DNA of 64,000 nt from sequence record NC_061443.1. The stretch is one strand, 5' to 3'. Both the position numbers and the translations under genes were made by a program. This document shows positions 39,142 to 47,912 of the stretch, one piece after another. Under the pieces are notes generated by a model, which saw only the letters and a program-made list of their open reading frames with translations, did not search any database and was not told the origin of the DNA. Position 1 is the stretch's first letter. Each line of letters opens with the position of its first letter.

Positions 39142-40005
39142 CATTAATACCTTCTGCGACATAGAGAAGTCTACAGGATATAGTTGACTTGGGATGCAGT
39201 TGTCTTCAACCGAGTAGTCTTCTCCTTTCTTCAAGCGTACAAGCAATCCAGAGTAGGGCAGACAGGCGTCAGACAAGTTAATAGTCTCGTCGTCCACCAG
39301 CTTAGACTTGATGCGAAGTCCTCTGGCTTCGGTTGTGGCTGCATTGGTGTAGGCAATCGAAGGGCCGTAGCCAGTATCAGAAATAGAAAAAGAGGTTGGC
39401 CATGAGGCGTGAGTGTAGTCACTCGTTACAGTGAGAGTGTTATTCTCACCATACGCAAAAGTACCACCCGAAGGAGAAGATGGTGGTGTGTAGTACCCCA
39501 ACGCATTCACGCTTGCTACATCATCCGTTTTAGTTCTGTAGCTATATCCAATAAACACGGCGTAGGTGCGAGCCGCAGATATAGCAGAACGCACACCAAT
39601 CATAGGCATTGAGGCATCACGCGATCCATTAAGTCTGCTGGGAAACAGTGTGACATACTGGAACGATGTGTTGGAAGAACCATATAGTCCAGTTAGATTC
39701 GGGACAGAGTGCTGTGACCACGATCTGTTTGTCTGTCGAGCCAAGGCAGCCAATAGAGCCACAGAGCTTCCAGATGTAATACGAGCAAGCTCCGTCAGAT
39801 AGTACACAGAATCTTTCTGACCAGAAACTATCATGGTCCTACGATTCTGTCCTAACGTGGTTCGGGCCTCACGCAGCATAAGACCCAAAGATCTATCATC
39901 GGTTGGCGATAACAGGTCTACGTTATCCTTGACACGGTCGAAGAAAAACATGTCAGGTGAGGCTGCGTCTGACCATGAGTTTGCTGGTGCCGCTATGTAT
40001 TGCAT
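39136..40005 (-). CDS. MQY-family paralogue 1 (putative fibre/virion protein)
   Basis: MQYIA...MFFFD, ARTTLG, C-terminal DETINLS shared with 40421..41248 and 45256..46140. Confidence 0.55.
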   Translation of the reverse strand: MQYIAAPANSWSDAASPDMFFFDRVKDNVDLLSPTDDRSLGLMLREARTTLGQNRRTMIVSGQKDSVYYLTELARITSGSSVALLAALARQTNRSWSQHSVPNLTGLYGSSNTSFQYVTLFPSRLNGSRDASMPMIGVRSAISAARTYAVFIGYSYRTKTDDVASVNALGYYTPPSSPSGGTFAYGENNTLTVTSDYTHASWPTSFSISDTGYGPSIAYTNAATTEARGLRIKSKLVDDETINLSDACLPYSGLLVRLKKGEDYSVEDNCIPSQLYPVDFSMSQKVLML

Positions 40006-40045
40006 ATGATATTCCTTTATTTAGCACATCCTTGTGCTACCAGAC

Positions 40046-40411
40046 TCAAGCCACTACTTCAAGTTCACGATCACCAGATGCCCAAACGAGTTCACGAATG
40101 TTTCGTGGCATGATGATACAACCGCTCGATGCAGTGCCCGGCGCTTTGATGCTATCACCGTGCATCTGAAATGCAGAGCGACCAAACATCACGTTTTCTT
40201 TTGCAGGGGTTAAGTCCATCGCATATGGACCTGTCTTCGCGCTGGTGCGAGGAGCATTCAGCGTGTAGTGGCCCACAGGCAAAGGTCCCATTCCCACGAT
40301 GTTCTGGCTGTCGTGTTTGTTCTTGTGCTCACCTTTACCGGCATAGCCAGTAGCGACAAGTTTACCTGCTGCGTTATACAGGCGACCAGTTGATTGTTCG
40401 TACTTCCACAT
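40046..40411 (-). CDS. Tlde1/DUF2778-like L,D-transpeptidase-fold protein
   Basis: GY.G.G...N.......GP.P.G.Y, GRS.FQMHGD......ASSGCI carries the H-x(n)-C catalytic motif of the YkuD/Tlde1 fold. Confidence 0.8.
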   Translation of the reverse strand: MWKYEQSTGRLYNAAGKLVATGYAGKGEHKNKHDSQNIVGMGPLPVGHYTLNAPRTSAKTGPYAMDLTPAKENVMFGRSAFQMHGDSIKAPGTASSGCIIMPRNIRELVWASGDRELEVVA

Positions 40412-40420
40412 ATATGCTCC

Positions 40421-41248
40421 TTATAGCTCTGTGTGGTTTTTGGGGAAATCAATGTACGGGCGTGTGCCCGGTTCAAGATTCGCATCAGTTATAAAATCTA
40501 CATCTGCGGTCAATCGCATAAAGACATTATCTGCCATGGCCATTATTGCATGACTCAGATTGATGGCCTCATCCACTTGCGTGAGGTTCTCACCAAGTGC
40601 AGTGTAAGGAGTAGGTCCAGAGTTTTGATATGGACGGTTTGTACCATTGGACGACTCGCTGGATATCTGCGTCATACAGTCAATGAATCGCACATCAGGT
40701 GTGATGCCCGCAAACGCAGGACTGATTGTATTGTATCTGGACACGTATGAAGTAGACCACGACTTGCCTGTAAGTGTCTGACCGTCAGACAGTAGATAAC
40801 TGACATAGATGGATCGTCCCATGGAGGTTTCTACCTGCCATGAAGGATAGTTAAGAGTCTCAACGTCACCAGGATTTAAAACAGATACTCGGTCTTGAGG
40901 CTGATTGGTCCAATATCGAGTAGGCCCTTGTCTATAGTCTTCTCCTCCATTAGATGTATGATGGTGGATGGTACCGACATTGCGCGAAGCCGTTGTGATA
41001 GTTGGTGCATCAGCGTAAGCACCAGTACCGTTCTTGGCGTACTTCAAAAATGTGAGGAAGTAGTTTTCGCCTAAACGTCCTCGGACAGGATTGAGTTGAT
41101 TGGCTGTACCTAAGACCGTACGCGCTTGACGCAACGTATCGTCGATGGCGTCTAAGGTAAATTCAGGAAGGTCGTCTTGGTCATCAAAGAACAGGACGGC
41201 TGGATGCACCGCTTCGTTTAGAGATGCGAAACTGGATAAATATTGCAT
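40421..41248 (-). CDS. MQY-family paralogue 2 (start corrected to MQYLSS at 41248)
   Basis: MQYL...VLFFD, ARTVLG.ANQLNPV.G..G.NYF.TF.KYA, DEAINLS, LEPGTRP. Confidence 0.55.
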   Translation of the reverse strand: MQYLSSFASLNEAVHPAVLFFDDQDDLPEFTLDAIDDTLRQARTVLGTANQLNPVRGRLGENYFLTFLKYAKNGTGAYADAPTITTASRNVGTIHHHTSNGGEDYRQGPTRYWTNQPQDRVSVLNPGDVETLNYPSWQVETSMGRSIYVSYLLSDGQTLTGKSWSTSYVSRYNTISPAFAGITPDVRFIDCMTQISSESSNGTNRPYQNSGPTPYTALGENLTQVDEAINLSHAIMAMADNVFMRLTADVDFITDANLEPGTRPYIDFPKNHTEL

Positions 41249-41330
41249 GTTATATACCTTGGTTTTTATTGATGTACCACGGCATAGCACAAAAGGGCCT
41301 ACACCTCTCGATGCAAGCCCTTTGGAAGTG

Positions 41331-41468
41331 TCAGACTATGATTGTCTTGATCACGTTACGGTTCTTCTTTGGGTCGAACCATACTTCTTCAATAATCTTG
41401 CCCATGCCGAAGTTGATCATCTGCACCGTACGTCGTGAGACAAGTTGCAGACGTTTCTTATGGAACAT
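41331..41468 (-). CDS. Small hypothetical protein, 45 aa (below the ORF-track cutoff)
   Basis: GGAG RBS; MFHKKRLQLVSRRTVQMINFGMGKIIEEVWFDPKKNRNVIKTIIV*. Confidence 0.5.
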   Translation of the reverse strand: MFHKKRLQLVSRRTVQMINFGMGKIIEEVWFDPKKNRNVIKTIIV

Positions 41469-41470
41469 GA

Positions 41471-41980
41471 TTACTCCTTAATCATTTTGACGCGCGTGTG
41501 ATCGAAGATGCCGAACGTAGGCACGTCATGGTTTTGACCTTCATTGCCTTTGATAGAGTCGTACCCAGCGAGGTTCAGTATCTTACTGATCTCGGTGTAC
41601 TCGTCCCACCACATGTAGACACGTTTGTGTCTACTGTCAGGAATGAGTTTGTTCAACTTATCAAGGCGAGCCACTAAGGTCAATGCTTCGTCGCGGCCAA
41701 CACGCTTATCCTGAAACGCTTCCATGATAAGTTTCTTGACTCGACTATAAATCTCAGCGAACTTAACCTCAGTCCAGAGAGAACGGAAGTTCAAGCTGGC
41801 ATAGCGTCCAGGGTCCGCGTGAAATTTGTAGAGGCGCCCGTCTTCCGCATACAGTTCAGCATACGCACGATCTGGAGTTACCCATGTCATGTGTTGCTTC
41901 TTCGCATGTTCATCTGACCAGTCTTCTGCAAGACCGCGATAGTAGATTGTGGGCGCACTCAGGCTGACGAAGACTTCCAT
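41471..41980 (-). CDS. ADP-ribosyltransferase-fold-like protein with VSLSA tag (start corrected to 41980)
   Basis: TAATG coupling to the upstream stop; YYRG, WVTPDRAYAELYA, GYDSI...E.....TFGIF resemble ART strands beta1, beta2 and beta5. Confidence 0.45.
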   Translation of the reverse strand: MEVFVSLSAPTIYYRGLAEDWSDEHAKKQHMTWVTPDRAYAELYAEDGRLYKFHADPGRYASLNFRSLWTEVKFAEIYSRVKKLIMEAFQDKRVGRDEALTLVARLDKLNKLIPDSRHKRVYMWWDEYTEISKILNLAGYDSIKGNEGQNHDVPTFGIFDHTRVKMIKE

Positions 41981-43026
41981 TAACGACCCATGATACCTTT
42001 CTGCCACGCTACCTGTGCGTCCATACGATTAGGCTTCTCTAACTTGCTAAGAGCTTTTACCGCACCGCGCATCTGCTTACGAGCAGTAGCTTCTGGGATA
42101 GCAGGCTGAGAACCGCCGCCATTGCCGCCGAAGTTTGCGTAGAGTTTCCATCGACCGTCAGGTTCTTTCGACATACGGAAACTTGCTGTGCCGTGTTTGT
42201 ATTCGAAAGAGTTGCCTGTTGCATTGATCTTACCCCGAGACACACCATCTTTGGTGGTCATGGTTTTGATCAGGCTCTGGAGTTTCGGCGAAGGGTCTTT
42301 ACCTGCAACACGTACAGATGAAGCTTTCTTACCTGTGAGCATTTCGGTGCGTTTGGCTTTCGCTTCTTTCGCTTTCGCTGGAGAATGCGCACCTGCTACG
42401 ATGTTCTTGTTACGGATGATAGGAGCTTTAGCGTTCTTACGTTCCGTGTCTGTCATACGGACTTTAGGTTTCACGACAGGTGTTTTCTTCGCTTTAGTGC
42501 CTACCGCATCGAACGCAGCTTCTTTCAGGAACTTAGGCTTGAACGTACCGCGCTTGCCAGTTACGCCGAACTCAGTCAGCTTGGTGCTGCGGATTGCTTT
42601 CAGAGCTTTCTCTGCACCAACACCAGTTTTGATATCAGCAGCAGACAGCGGCAGATTCAACCCACCCAGACCGTGCGCCTTAGCAGTTTTGTTTGCTTCA
42701 CGCAGTTCTGCTTTAGCGGATTTGAGATCAGCAGAGGATTTCGCTTTCTCTGCCTTACGAGTGGCCATCAGCTTGGTACGCTTATCGCCCCGAGGTAGTT
42801 GCTTCGCTTTGGTTGCCGCAGTGTTTGCTTTGATGGAAGCAGTGATGCCAGCTATCGCAGACGCTTTAGCTTTCTTCAAGTGACCAACAACAGCCTGCAA
42901 CTCACCTTTCTTGGCAGAGTTAACCACAAGCGTAGTTGCGCCACCGACTTTAGCGATCTTGTACGAAGGAGCTTTTGCGGATTCAGAAGCCACCACTTCT
43001 GTCAGATTGATTTTAATCAGAGACAT
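41980..43026 (-). CDS. Highly basic Lys/Ala-rich protein with ASESA tag
   Basis: MSLIKINLTEVVASESAKAPSYK; paralogous N-terminus to 43051..43689. Confidence 0.7.
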   Translation of the reverse strand: MSLIKINLTEVVASESAKAPSYKIAKVGGATTLVVNSAKKGELQAVVGHLKKAKASAIAGITASIKANTAATKAKQLPRGDKRTKLMATRKAEKAKSSADLKSAKAELREANKTAKAHGLGGLNLPLSAADIKTGVGAEKALKAIRSTKLTEFGVTGKRGTFKPKFLKEAAFDAVGTKAKKTPVVKPKVRMTDTERKNAKAPIIRNKNIVAGAHSPAKAKEAKAKRTEMLTGKKASSVRVAGKDPSPKLQSLIKTMTTKDGVSRGKINATGNSFEYKHGTASFRMSKEPDGRWKLYANFGGNGGGSQPAIPEATARKQMRGAVKALSKLEKPNRMDAQVAWQKGIMGR

Positions 43027-43050
43027 AGCTTATATCCTGTGAGAATTTTG

Positions 43051-43689
43051 TTAGTAGCCTTCGCGACTACGGAATGGATCGCGGCGACCCGCCTTTAGAC
43101 TTGCAAGTCCAGCACCTCGGCTCTCCTTCTTCGCTGCGCTGATTGCGTCAAACTTAGAATCAGATACGAATTTAACACCGAAAGATCCTGTACGTCCTGT
43201 AACAGTGAACTTATTGGACTTGCGGGCTTTAACTCTACCTACAGCAGTACCGAATGCAGGAGCTTGGTCGGATACTGTTTTTTCATTTAGCTCAGGGGCC
43301 AACGCAGACAGTCCACCTTTCTTCAACTCCGCACGAGCATTCCTCAAACCTTCACGAAACTCTTTCGATTTGGCCGAGGCCAGCTCACGTTGCTCTTTTG
43401 CCTGAGCGCGTAACGTCTTCGATTTCTGCTTGTTCGCATCTGTGGCATTCTTAGTAAGCAACTTACCAGACTGCATTAAAAGTTTGGCTGCCTTTGTTTT
43501 TGCGTCGAGGTGCGCGATCATCGAGGTGCGCACACCCTTCATAATATTCGCCACTCCCTGTACGACAGATTTCTTTGAAGTAGGAACAACAATCGTAGAC
43601 ACACGATTCACTACTACGAATTTATAGCTTGGTTTCTTAGCAGATTCGGAAGCAATTGCGGACGCAAGAGCAATCTTAATCATCGCCAT
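43051..43689 (-). CDS. Highly basic Lys/Ala-rich protein with ASESA tag (paralogue of the previous gene)
   Basis: ASESAKKPSYK; VTGRTGSFGVKFVSDSKFDA matches VTGKRGTFKPKFLKEAAFDA. Confidence 0.7.
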   Translation of the reverse strand: MAMIKIALASAIASESAKKPSYKFVVVNRVSTIVVPTSKKSVVQGVANIMKGVRTSMIAHLDAKTKAAKLLMQSGKLLTKNATDANKQKSKTLRAQAKEQRELASAKSKEFREGLRNARAELKKGGLSALAPELNEKTVSDQAPAFGTAVGRVKARKSNKFTVTGRTGSFGVKFVSDSKFDAISAAKKESRGAGLASLKAGRRDPFRSREGY

Positions 43690-43698
43690 TTTAATTCC

Positions 43699-44304
43699 TT
43701 ATACCAACGCGCGGCCTGGGAGATCAAAGTTTTTACCCGCAGAGTAATCGCCCAGCGCGGCATACAGGGAATTACGCAGCATCGACTGGATGATATCGGA
43801 GTTATGTGCAGAGGCGTCTTTGAATGCGACCTCAATAGAATCCGTTCTTGGATTCACTACAGCATAACGCAACGGGCAGACGGTTTGTGCTTCACACCAT
43901 GCGTCGATTCGCGGCTGCAAGTCAGGCGTAAGGGGAATGCGAAAATCAGCGAGAGCAAAGATGACGCTCTGAATCGGCGGAGGCGCCGACTGCGACATAT
44001 ACTTGCCATTCGGACTAAGACGTTCCATGGCCATGGAAGCATCATAGATTGACTGATACCCTTCACCAACGGTTTTGATATCAGAGAGTTTGAAGCTATG
44101 CGTTGTCAGGCCTTTACGAATGAGCTTGGCGATCTTGAGATCGTAATCACCAGAATCATCAGTAGCGAAGCAGACGAACGCGTAGAAAGAGATACCTTCG
44201 GTCTCACGTAGCAGTCGATGGTCTAATACGCGAAAGCCCACGACACTCGTAAGTGCCTGGGCTGTTACCTGTGGTCCCTTAGAAAGAGAGACAAAGATTT
44301 GCAT
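43699..44304 (-). CDS. Hypothetical protein with VSLSK tag and internal SQSA site
   Basis: MQIFVSLSKGP; YMSQSAPPP midway. Confidence 0.65.
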   Translation of the reverse strand: MQIFVSLSKGPQVTAQALTSVVGFRVLDHRLLRETEGISFYAFVCFATDDSGDYDLKIAKLIRKGLTTHSFKLSDIKTVGEGYQSIYDASMAMERLSPNGKYMSQSAPPPIQSVIFALADFRIPLTPDLQPRIDAWCEAQTVCPLRYAVVNPRTDSIEVAFKDASAHNSDIIQSMLRNSLYAALGDYSAGKNFDLPGRALV

Positions 44305-44645
44305 TAACGCATTGCTTTGAGTGCTTTCTTAGCTTCGGCCAGAGTCGGGTAAAACTCTTGGTCGTCGTTAATCTCAGGCTCAATCTGGAAGCCCACTTCG
44401 AGAATAGCGAAGCCAGCATCTTCATCTTCATCAGCAACAACGACGCCGAAACGAGCAGTGCTGTTCATGATGTTGATGAAGCGGAAGTCCAGAATATCAT
44501 TCGGGCCGCCGATATCAGAAGGCATACCGTCAGCAGTAATCAATGCAAACAGGTCCTTCTTGTCGATACCTTTAAAGAAGGTAGTAGCAGCGGCAGACGA
44601 CGTGGATTTAACGGTTTCTTCGATGTTCAGTTTGATAAGACTCAT
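44304..44645 (-). CDS. Acidic hypothetical protein with MSLIK...STSSA N-terminus
   Basis: MSLIKLNIEETVKSTSSAAA parallels MSLIKINLTEVVASESA. Confidence 0.6.
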   Translation of the reverse strand: MSLIKLNIEETVKSTSSAAATTFFKGIDKKDLFALITADGMPSDIGGPNDILDFRFINIMNSTARFGVVVADEDEDAGFAILEVGFQIEPEINDDQEFYPTLAEAKKALKAMR

Positions 44646-44647
44646 GG

Positions 44648-45220
44648 TCAGTTTACTCCAACTTGTTTGGTGATGGTGATAACACGCTGGTACCAGCCGT
44701 AAATGTTATCTTCCTGAGTTTCGTCTGCCTTGGCGATGTTCTTCAACTTCGCAATACGACAGCCGTTGTAGGCATAAGCCAGAACTTTGATATCACGCAC
44801 TTTGCAATAAGCAGTCAGTGCAGCGATAGTCTTCGGTCCGATGTTTGCAGCAGGAGCAAAGTCTGGGTAGAGCTTGCCTCGCTGATTCAGGATGTTCAAC
44901 TGGTCTTGCAGTTCAGCAATCGCAGCTGGTGGTCCTGAGTTAACTGCATAGTCAAATACCCACAGAGCCAACTCTTGACTGAACTTAGCAAGGTCATCGC
45001 ACTTGCAGAAGTCCCAGAAGTTAGCGCTGTAGATCGCGTATGCGATATCGTACGGAAGATTTTGCATATCGCCTTTATAGCCGTATGCACGAGCGTTCTT
45101 CTCGGTGACACCCCAACGAGTTGGGCCACCACGATCTGCCGCACGGTTCGTGTACTTCTCTCCACCTTCACGGTCAATGACCTCAGCGATGGCTTTCTTA
45201 CGAAACGTCAGAGCGTCCAT
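44648..45220 (-). CDS. Endolysin, glycoside hydrolase family 108 with C-terminal peptidoglycan-binding domain (start corrected to MDAL at 45220)
   Basis: IDREGG..YTNRAADRGGPTRWGVT (EGGx(n)D.GG.T motif), FDYAVNSGP, IGPKTIAAL, F/YGW..R. Confidence 0.9.
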   Translation of the reverse strand: MDALTFRKKAIAEVIDREGGEKYTNRAADRGGPTRWGVTEKNARAYGYKGDMQNLPYDIAYAIYSANFWDFCKCDDLAKFSQELALWVFDYAVNSGPPAAIAELQDQLNILNQRGKLYPDFAPAANIGPKTIAALTAYCKVRDIKVLAYAYNGCRIAKLKNIAKADETQEDNIYGWYQRVITITKQVGVN

Positions 45221-45246
45221 AATGATTCCTCTTATTCGACGTATCA

Positions 45247-45253
45247 AAATTAG
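45247..45253 (-). promoter_or_regulatory. CTAATTT motif upstream of the endolysin operon
   Basis: Intergenic once the endolysin start is set at 45220. Confidence 0.6.
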
Positions 45254-45255
45254 CG

Positions 45256-46140
45256 TCAGATGGACAATCTTGTAGCCTTGAACTTAAATGTAGGGCGTGT
45301 TCCTGGAATGAGTTCATAGGGCACGTCATAGTCATTGTCGTCAAGCATGACCAGCGTGTTTAGTGCTTTCCAGTAGAAAAGGCCGAACGCCAGATTGACT
45401 GTTTCATCCGCAGCTTCCCTGGGCGCCCAGAAGAGTCCATCATCTCTGTAAGGTAGGTGCATGTCCGCAAAGTTACCACCATCAGTACCAACAGAACAGG
45501 CTTTCATTGCCATGGCATATTGGAAGTTAACATTCGTAGTCGTATACACATCTACAGGCGATATAGGCGGATAACCGTAACCTGTTCTAAACTGATCAGA
45601 GTTTGTTGGAGCAGTAGTCGTGACAGAACCATTATATGTTTTCAGATGCAGCGTACTAGGGAAGCGTCCGAACTGACTGTTTGTGCCAGACGTTGCGACA
45701 GCAGCGCACTTAGGGAAGTACATCTTAACATCAAAAGGACAGTTAAAAACTATCGTGCCTTTTCGAATTGTGTAGTCAGGGAAATACTCAGCTCTTGTGG
45801 CATCATAGCTTTGGTAGTCAGTGATATCAGGGTCCGACACATGCGACGAAAAGCCGACGGTGTTCTCCTGCATTATGATATCGTAGGTCGCGGGTGCCCA
45901 GTTCTTATCTGAGGCATACTTTGCGAAGGTTGGGAAGTATTTGTTTCCGTGCTGCCCTGCGACTGGATTGAGCTTACTGCCTACGCCAAGAACCGAGCGA
46001 GCCCTGTGAGCATTCTGCTTCGCAAAGGTCATATCCCGCATTTGAGTTTTGGTGATGCCGTCTCTTGCATCAAAGAATAGAACATTAGGCATGTTCGTTT
46101 CTTTCGAGGCCAAGCCAAAGAGTGTTGCTATGTATTGCAT
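45256..46140 (-). CDS. MQY-family paralogue 3
   Basis: MQYIA...VLFFD, ARSVLG.GSKLNPV.G..GNKYF.TF.KYA, DETVNLA, LIPGTRP. Confidence 0.55.
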   Translation of the reverse strand: MQYIATLFGLASKETNMPNVLFFDARDGITKTQMRDMTFAKQNAHRARSVLGVGSKLNPVAGQHGNKYFPTFAKYASDKNWAPATYDIIMQENTVGFSSHVSDPDITDYQSYDATRAEYFPDYTIRKGTIVFNCPFDVKMYFPKCAAVATSGTNSQFGRFPSTLHLKTYNGSVTTTAPTNSDQFRTGYGYPPISPVDVYTTTNVNFQYAMAMKACSVGTDGGNFADMHLPYRDDGLFWAPREAADETVNLAFGLFYWKALNTLVMLDDNDYDVPYELIPGTRPTFKFKATRLSI

Positions 46141-46186
46141 GGTGTATCACCTCAATGGTAGGTCGAATGTACTACGCGCTTGCCTA

Positions 46187-46193
46187 AAATTAG
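46187..46193 (-). promoter_or_regulatory. CTAATTT motif
   Basis: Intergenic, just after a terminator, before 46140. Confidence 0.6.
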
Positions 46194-46206
46194 CTCCAAG
46201 ATCGAC

Positions 46207-46226
46207 AAAAGGGGCCGAAGCCCCTT
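46207..46226 (-). terminator. Rho-independent terminator
   Basis: Minus strand AAGGGGCTTCGGCCCCTTTT. Confidence 0.85.
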
Positions 46227-46542
46227 AGAATGTCCAACGTGTTGCCCAAGCGATTAAGCCTGAGATAATACCGATGTGTGACAGGTACCCGTACTGCAAC
46301 ACATAGCCTTTGACATAGTGCTTCATGCCGCCAGCATACGCACCATCATACACGGCAGAGATCGTCGTGAACGACATGACGTATAGAAACACATGCCACT
46401 TTGTCATCTCCATCACTTCGTTGCAGAACACGATAAGGAACAGAGATACACCCATGATGTACACTGTGCGTTTGGTCTCGGTTAGATTGATACCAAGCAC
46501 AACAGGACGCATCAAAAAGGATGCGAGTATCGAAACCAGCAT
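46225..46542 (-). CDS. Small integral membrane protein (3-4 hydrophobic segments)
   Basis: Hydrophobic stretches throughout; TAATG coupling at 46542 suggests this start. Confidence 0.55.
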   Translation of the reverse strand: MLVSILASFLMRPVVLGINLTETKRTVYIMGVSLFLIVFCNEVMEMTKWHVFLYVMSFTTISAVYDGAYAGGMKHYVKGYVLQYGYLSHIGIISGLIAWATRWTF

Positions 46543-46871
46543 TAGCGTTTCATAGTCGGCTGACATGCTGCGTCCACCTGATCAGGAGTGATATGCGCTT
46601 TTCTACGCAGGTCAAGTGCGAGTTGTGCCTTACGTCCTATGCGGGCATACGACTCAAGATCGTCGTCGGAATAACCGCTCATGCTTTCGCGTACATGAGA
46701 CAGCTCGGCCATTTGGCGTGGACTCAGTTCGTTCGACGACTCGTAAATAGAGGCGTGTTCGATACGACCTAATCCCTTTCCAGGGCAGAGGTTCCAGATA
46801 GGCTCTGCCTTAGGATCAGTCTGCACCATCAGCGTACCGTGACGCTCAACGTCATGAATGTTACGACTCAT
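46542..46871 (-). CDS. Hypothetical protein (start corrected to MSRNIHD)
   Basis: AGGAG RBS upstream of 46871. Confidence 0.55.
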   Translation of the reverse strand: MSRNIHDVERHGTLMVQTDPKAEPIWNLCPGKGLGRIEHASIYESSNELSPRQMAELSHVRESMSGYSDDDLESYARIGRKAQLALDLRRKAHITPDQVDAACQPTMKR

Positions 46872-46872
46872 A

Positions 46873-47586
46873 TCAAACTCCCTGATTAGAAACGTAAGTG
46901 TCGGTGATGTTCGCAGTCTTCTCCACGTTACCGCGAATGTAACCGATCTCAAACACCTGCACGTTATACTTAACCACTGCTTCGCCTACTGTCTCACATG
47001 CACCGCTATGCAGATCAAGGAATGCCTGACACAAACGGTCAGCAACAGGCTTCGCAAGAATCTTCATCAGCGTATGTCTTTGCACTGCGGACAGCTTGAT
47101 AGGCATCGCATCAATCTCACGCTCAATCGACTTGCGTCCCCCATTGAATATCCACTTACAAATAGTGGCGGTCAAAGGCTTCTGGTGTGTCTTAGACGGA
47201 AGCGTATAAATGTAAGTCATCAGGCTGTAGAACAAACTGCCGTCGATAGCACGACGCTTGAGGTCATCCAGATACTGACCGACAGGCTGCAACTTACCAC
47301 GCTGCGGAACCATGTCATCAAGTTTCAGGTCAACGTCAAGGCCGAAGCGCTTCAACGATTCAGAGTGACCAAACACATAGACGATGTGCTGAGGCATATC
47401 CCTGATTGCTACTGCATTACGGGAATACTCTTTCGCACCAACAACGAACAGGTGCTTACGATATTTCTTCGAAGGGTCAATCGTACCGCCGAGTGGTACG
47501 AACGTCACCCGGTCAGCTTGCCCTTTCTTCTTCAACCAGCCCATGACTTGTTCAGGGCTTTGGCGTGTCACCGCGATTACAGGCAT
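46873..47586 (-). CDS. Hypothetical protein
   Basis: 237 aa ORF in the SbcC operon. Confidence 0.65.
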   Translation of the reverse strand: MPVIAVTRQSPEQVMGWLKKKGQADRVTFVPLGGTIDPSKKYRKHLFVVGAKEYSRNAVAIRDMPQHIVYVFGHSESLKRFGLDVDLKLDDMVPQRGKLQPVGQYLDDLKRRAIDGSLFYSLMTYIYTLPSKTHQKPLTATICKWIFNGGRKSIEREIDAMPIKLSAVQRHTLMKILAKPVADRLCQAFLDLHSGACETVGEAVVKYNVQVFEIGYIRGNVEKTANITDTYVSNQGV

Positions 47587-47588
47587 CG

Positions 47589-47912
47589 TTACTCCACAGT
47601 GTTGAGTGCTTTAGCCGTGTACTCACGCAGAGTACGTTCGATGTTCGTAGCCAGAGTCGGGTGGCAGATAAGCTGATTGTCTTTCATGAAGACACTCAGC
47701 GACGGACGCATCACCTTACGAGTTCTGGCGTTCATACGCAGCGCACGATGCACGGGAGTCGTGTAGTATTCTTCCTCACGCTCTTCCATGCAGTTCTCGT
47801 TTGCCACAACTTCGTACTTGGCGAAGATGTGTGGATTACGATTGATGAATGAGGGATTCATCGGTACGCTGTTCTTTTCGTGATCACGATTGAGCTGACC
47901 AAAGATCATCAC
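47589..47912 (-). CDS. Hypothetical protein
   Basis: 107 aa ORF coupled to the SbcC stop. Confidence 0.6.
   Translation of the reverse strand: MMIFGQLNRDHEKNSVPMNPSFINRNPHIFAKYEVVANENCMEEREEEYYTTPVHRALRMNARTRKVMRPSLSVFMKDNQLICHPTLATNIERTLREYTAKALNTVE

Noticed and set aside
46225-46542. Possible holin for the GH108 endolysin
   Set aside because: Separated from the endolysin by a terminator and another gene, and belongs to the SbcC operon; only hydrophobicity supports it.
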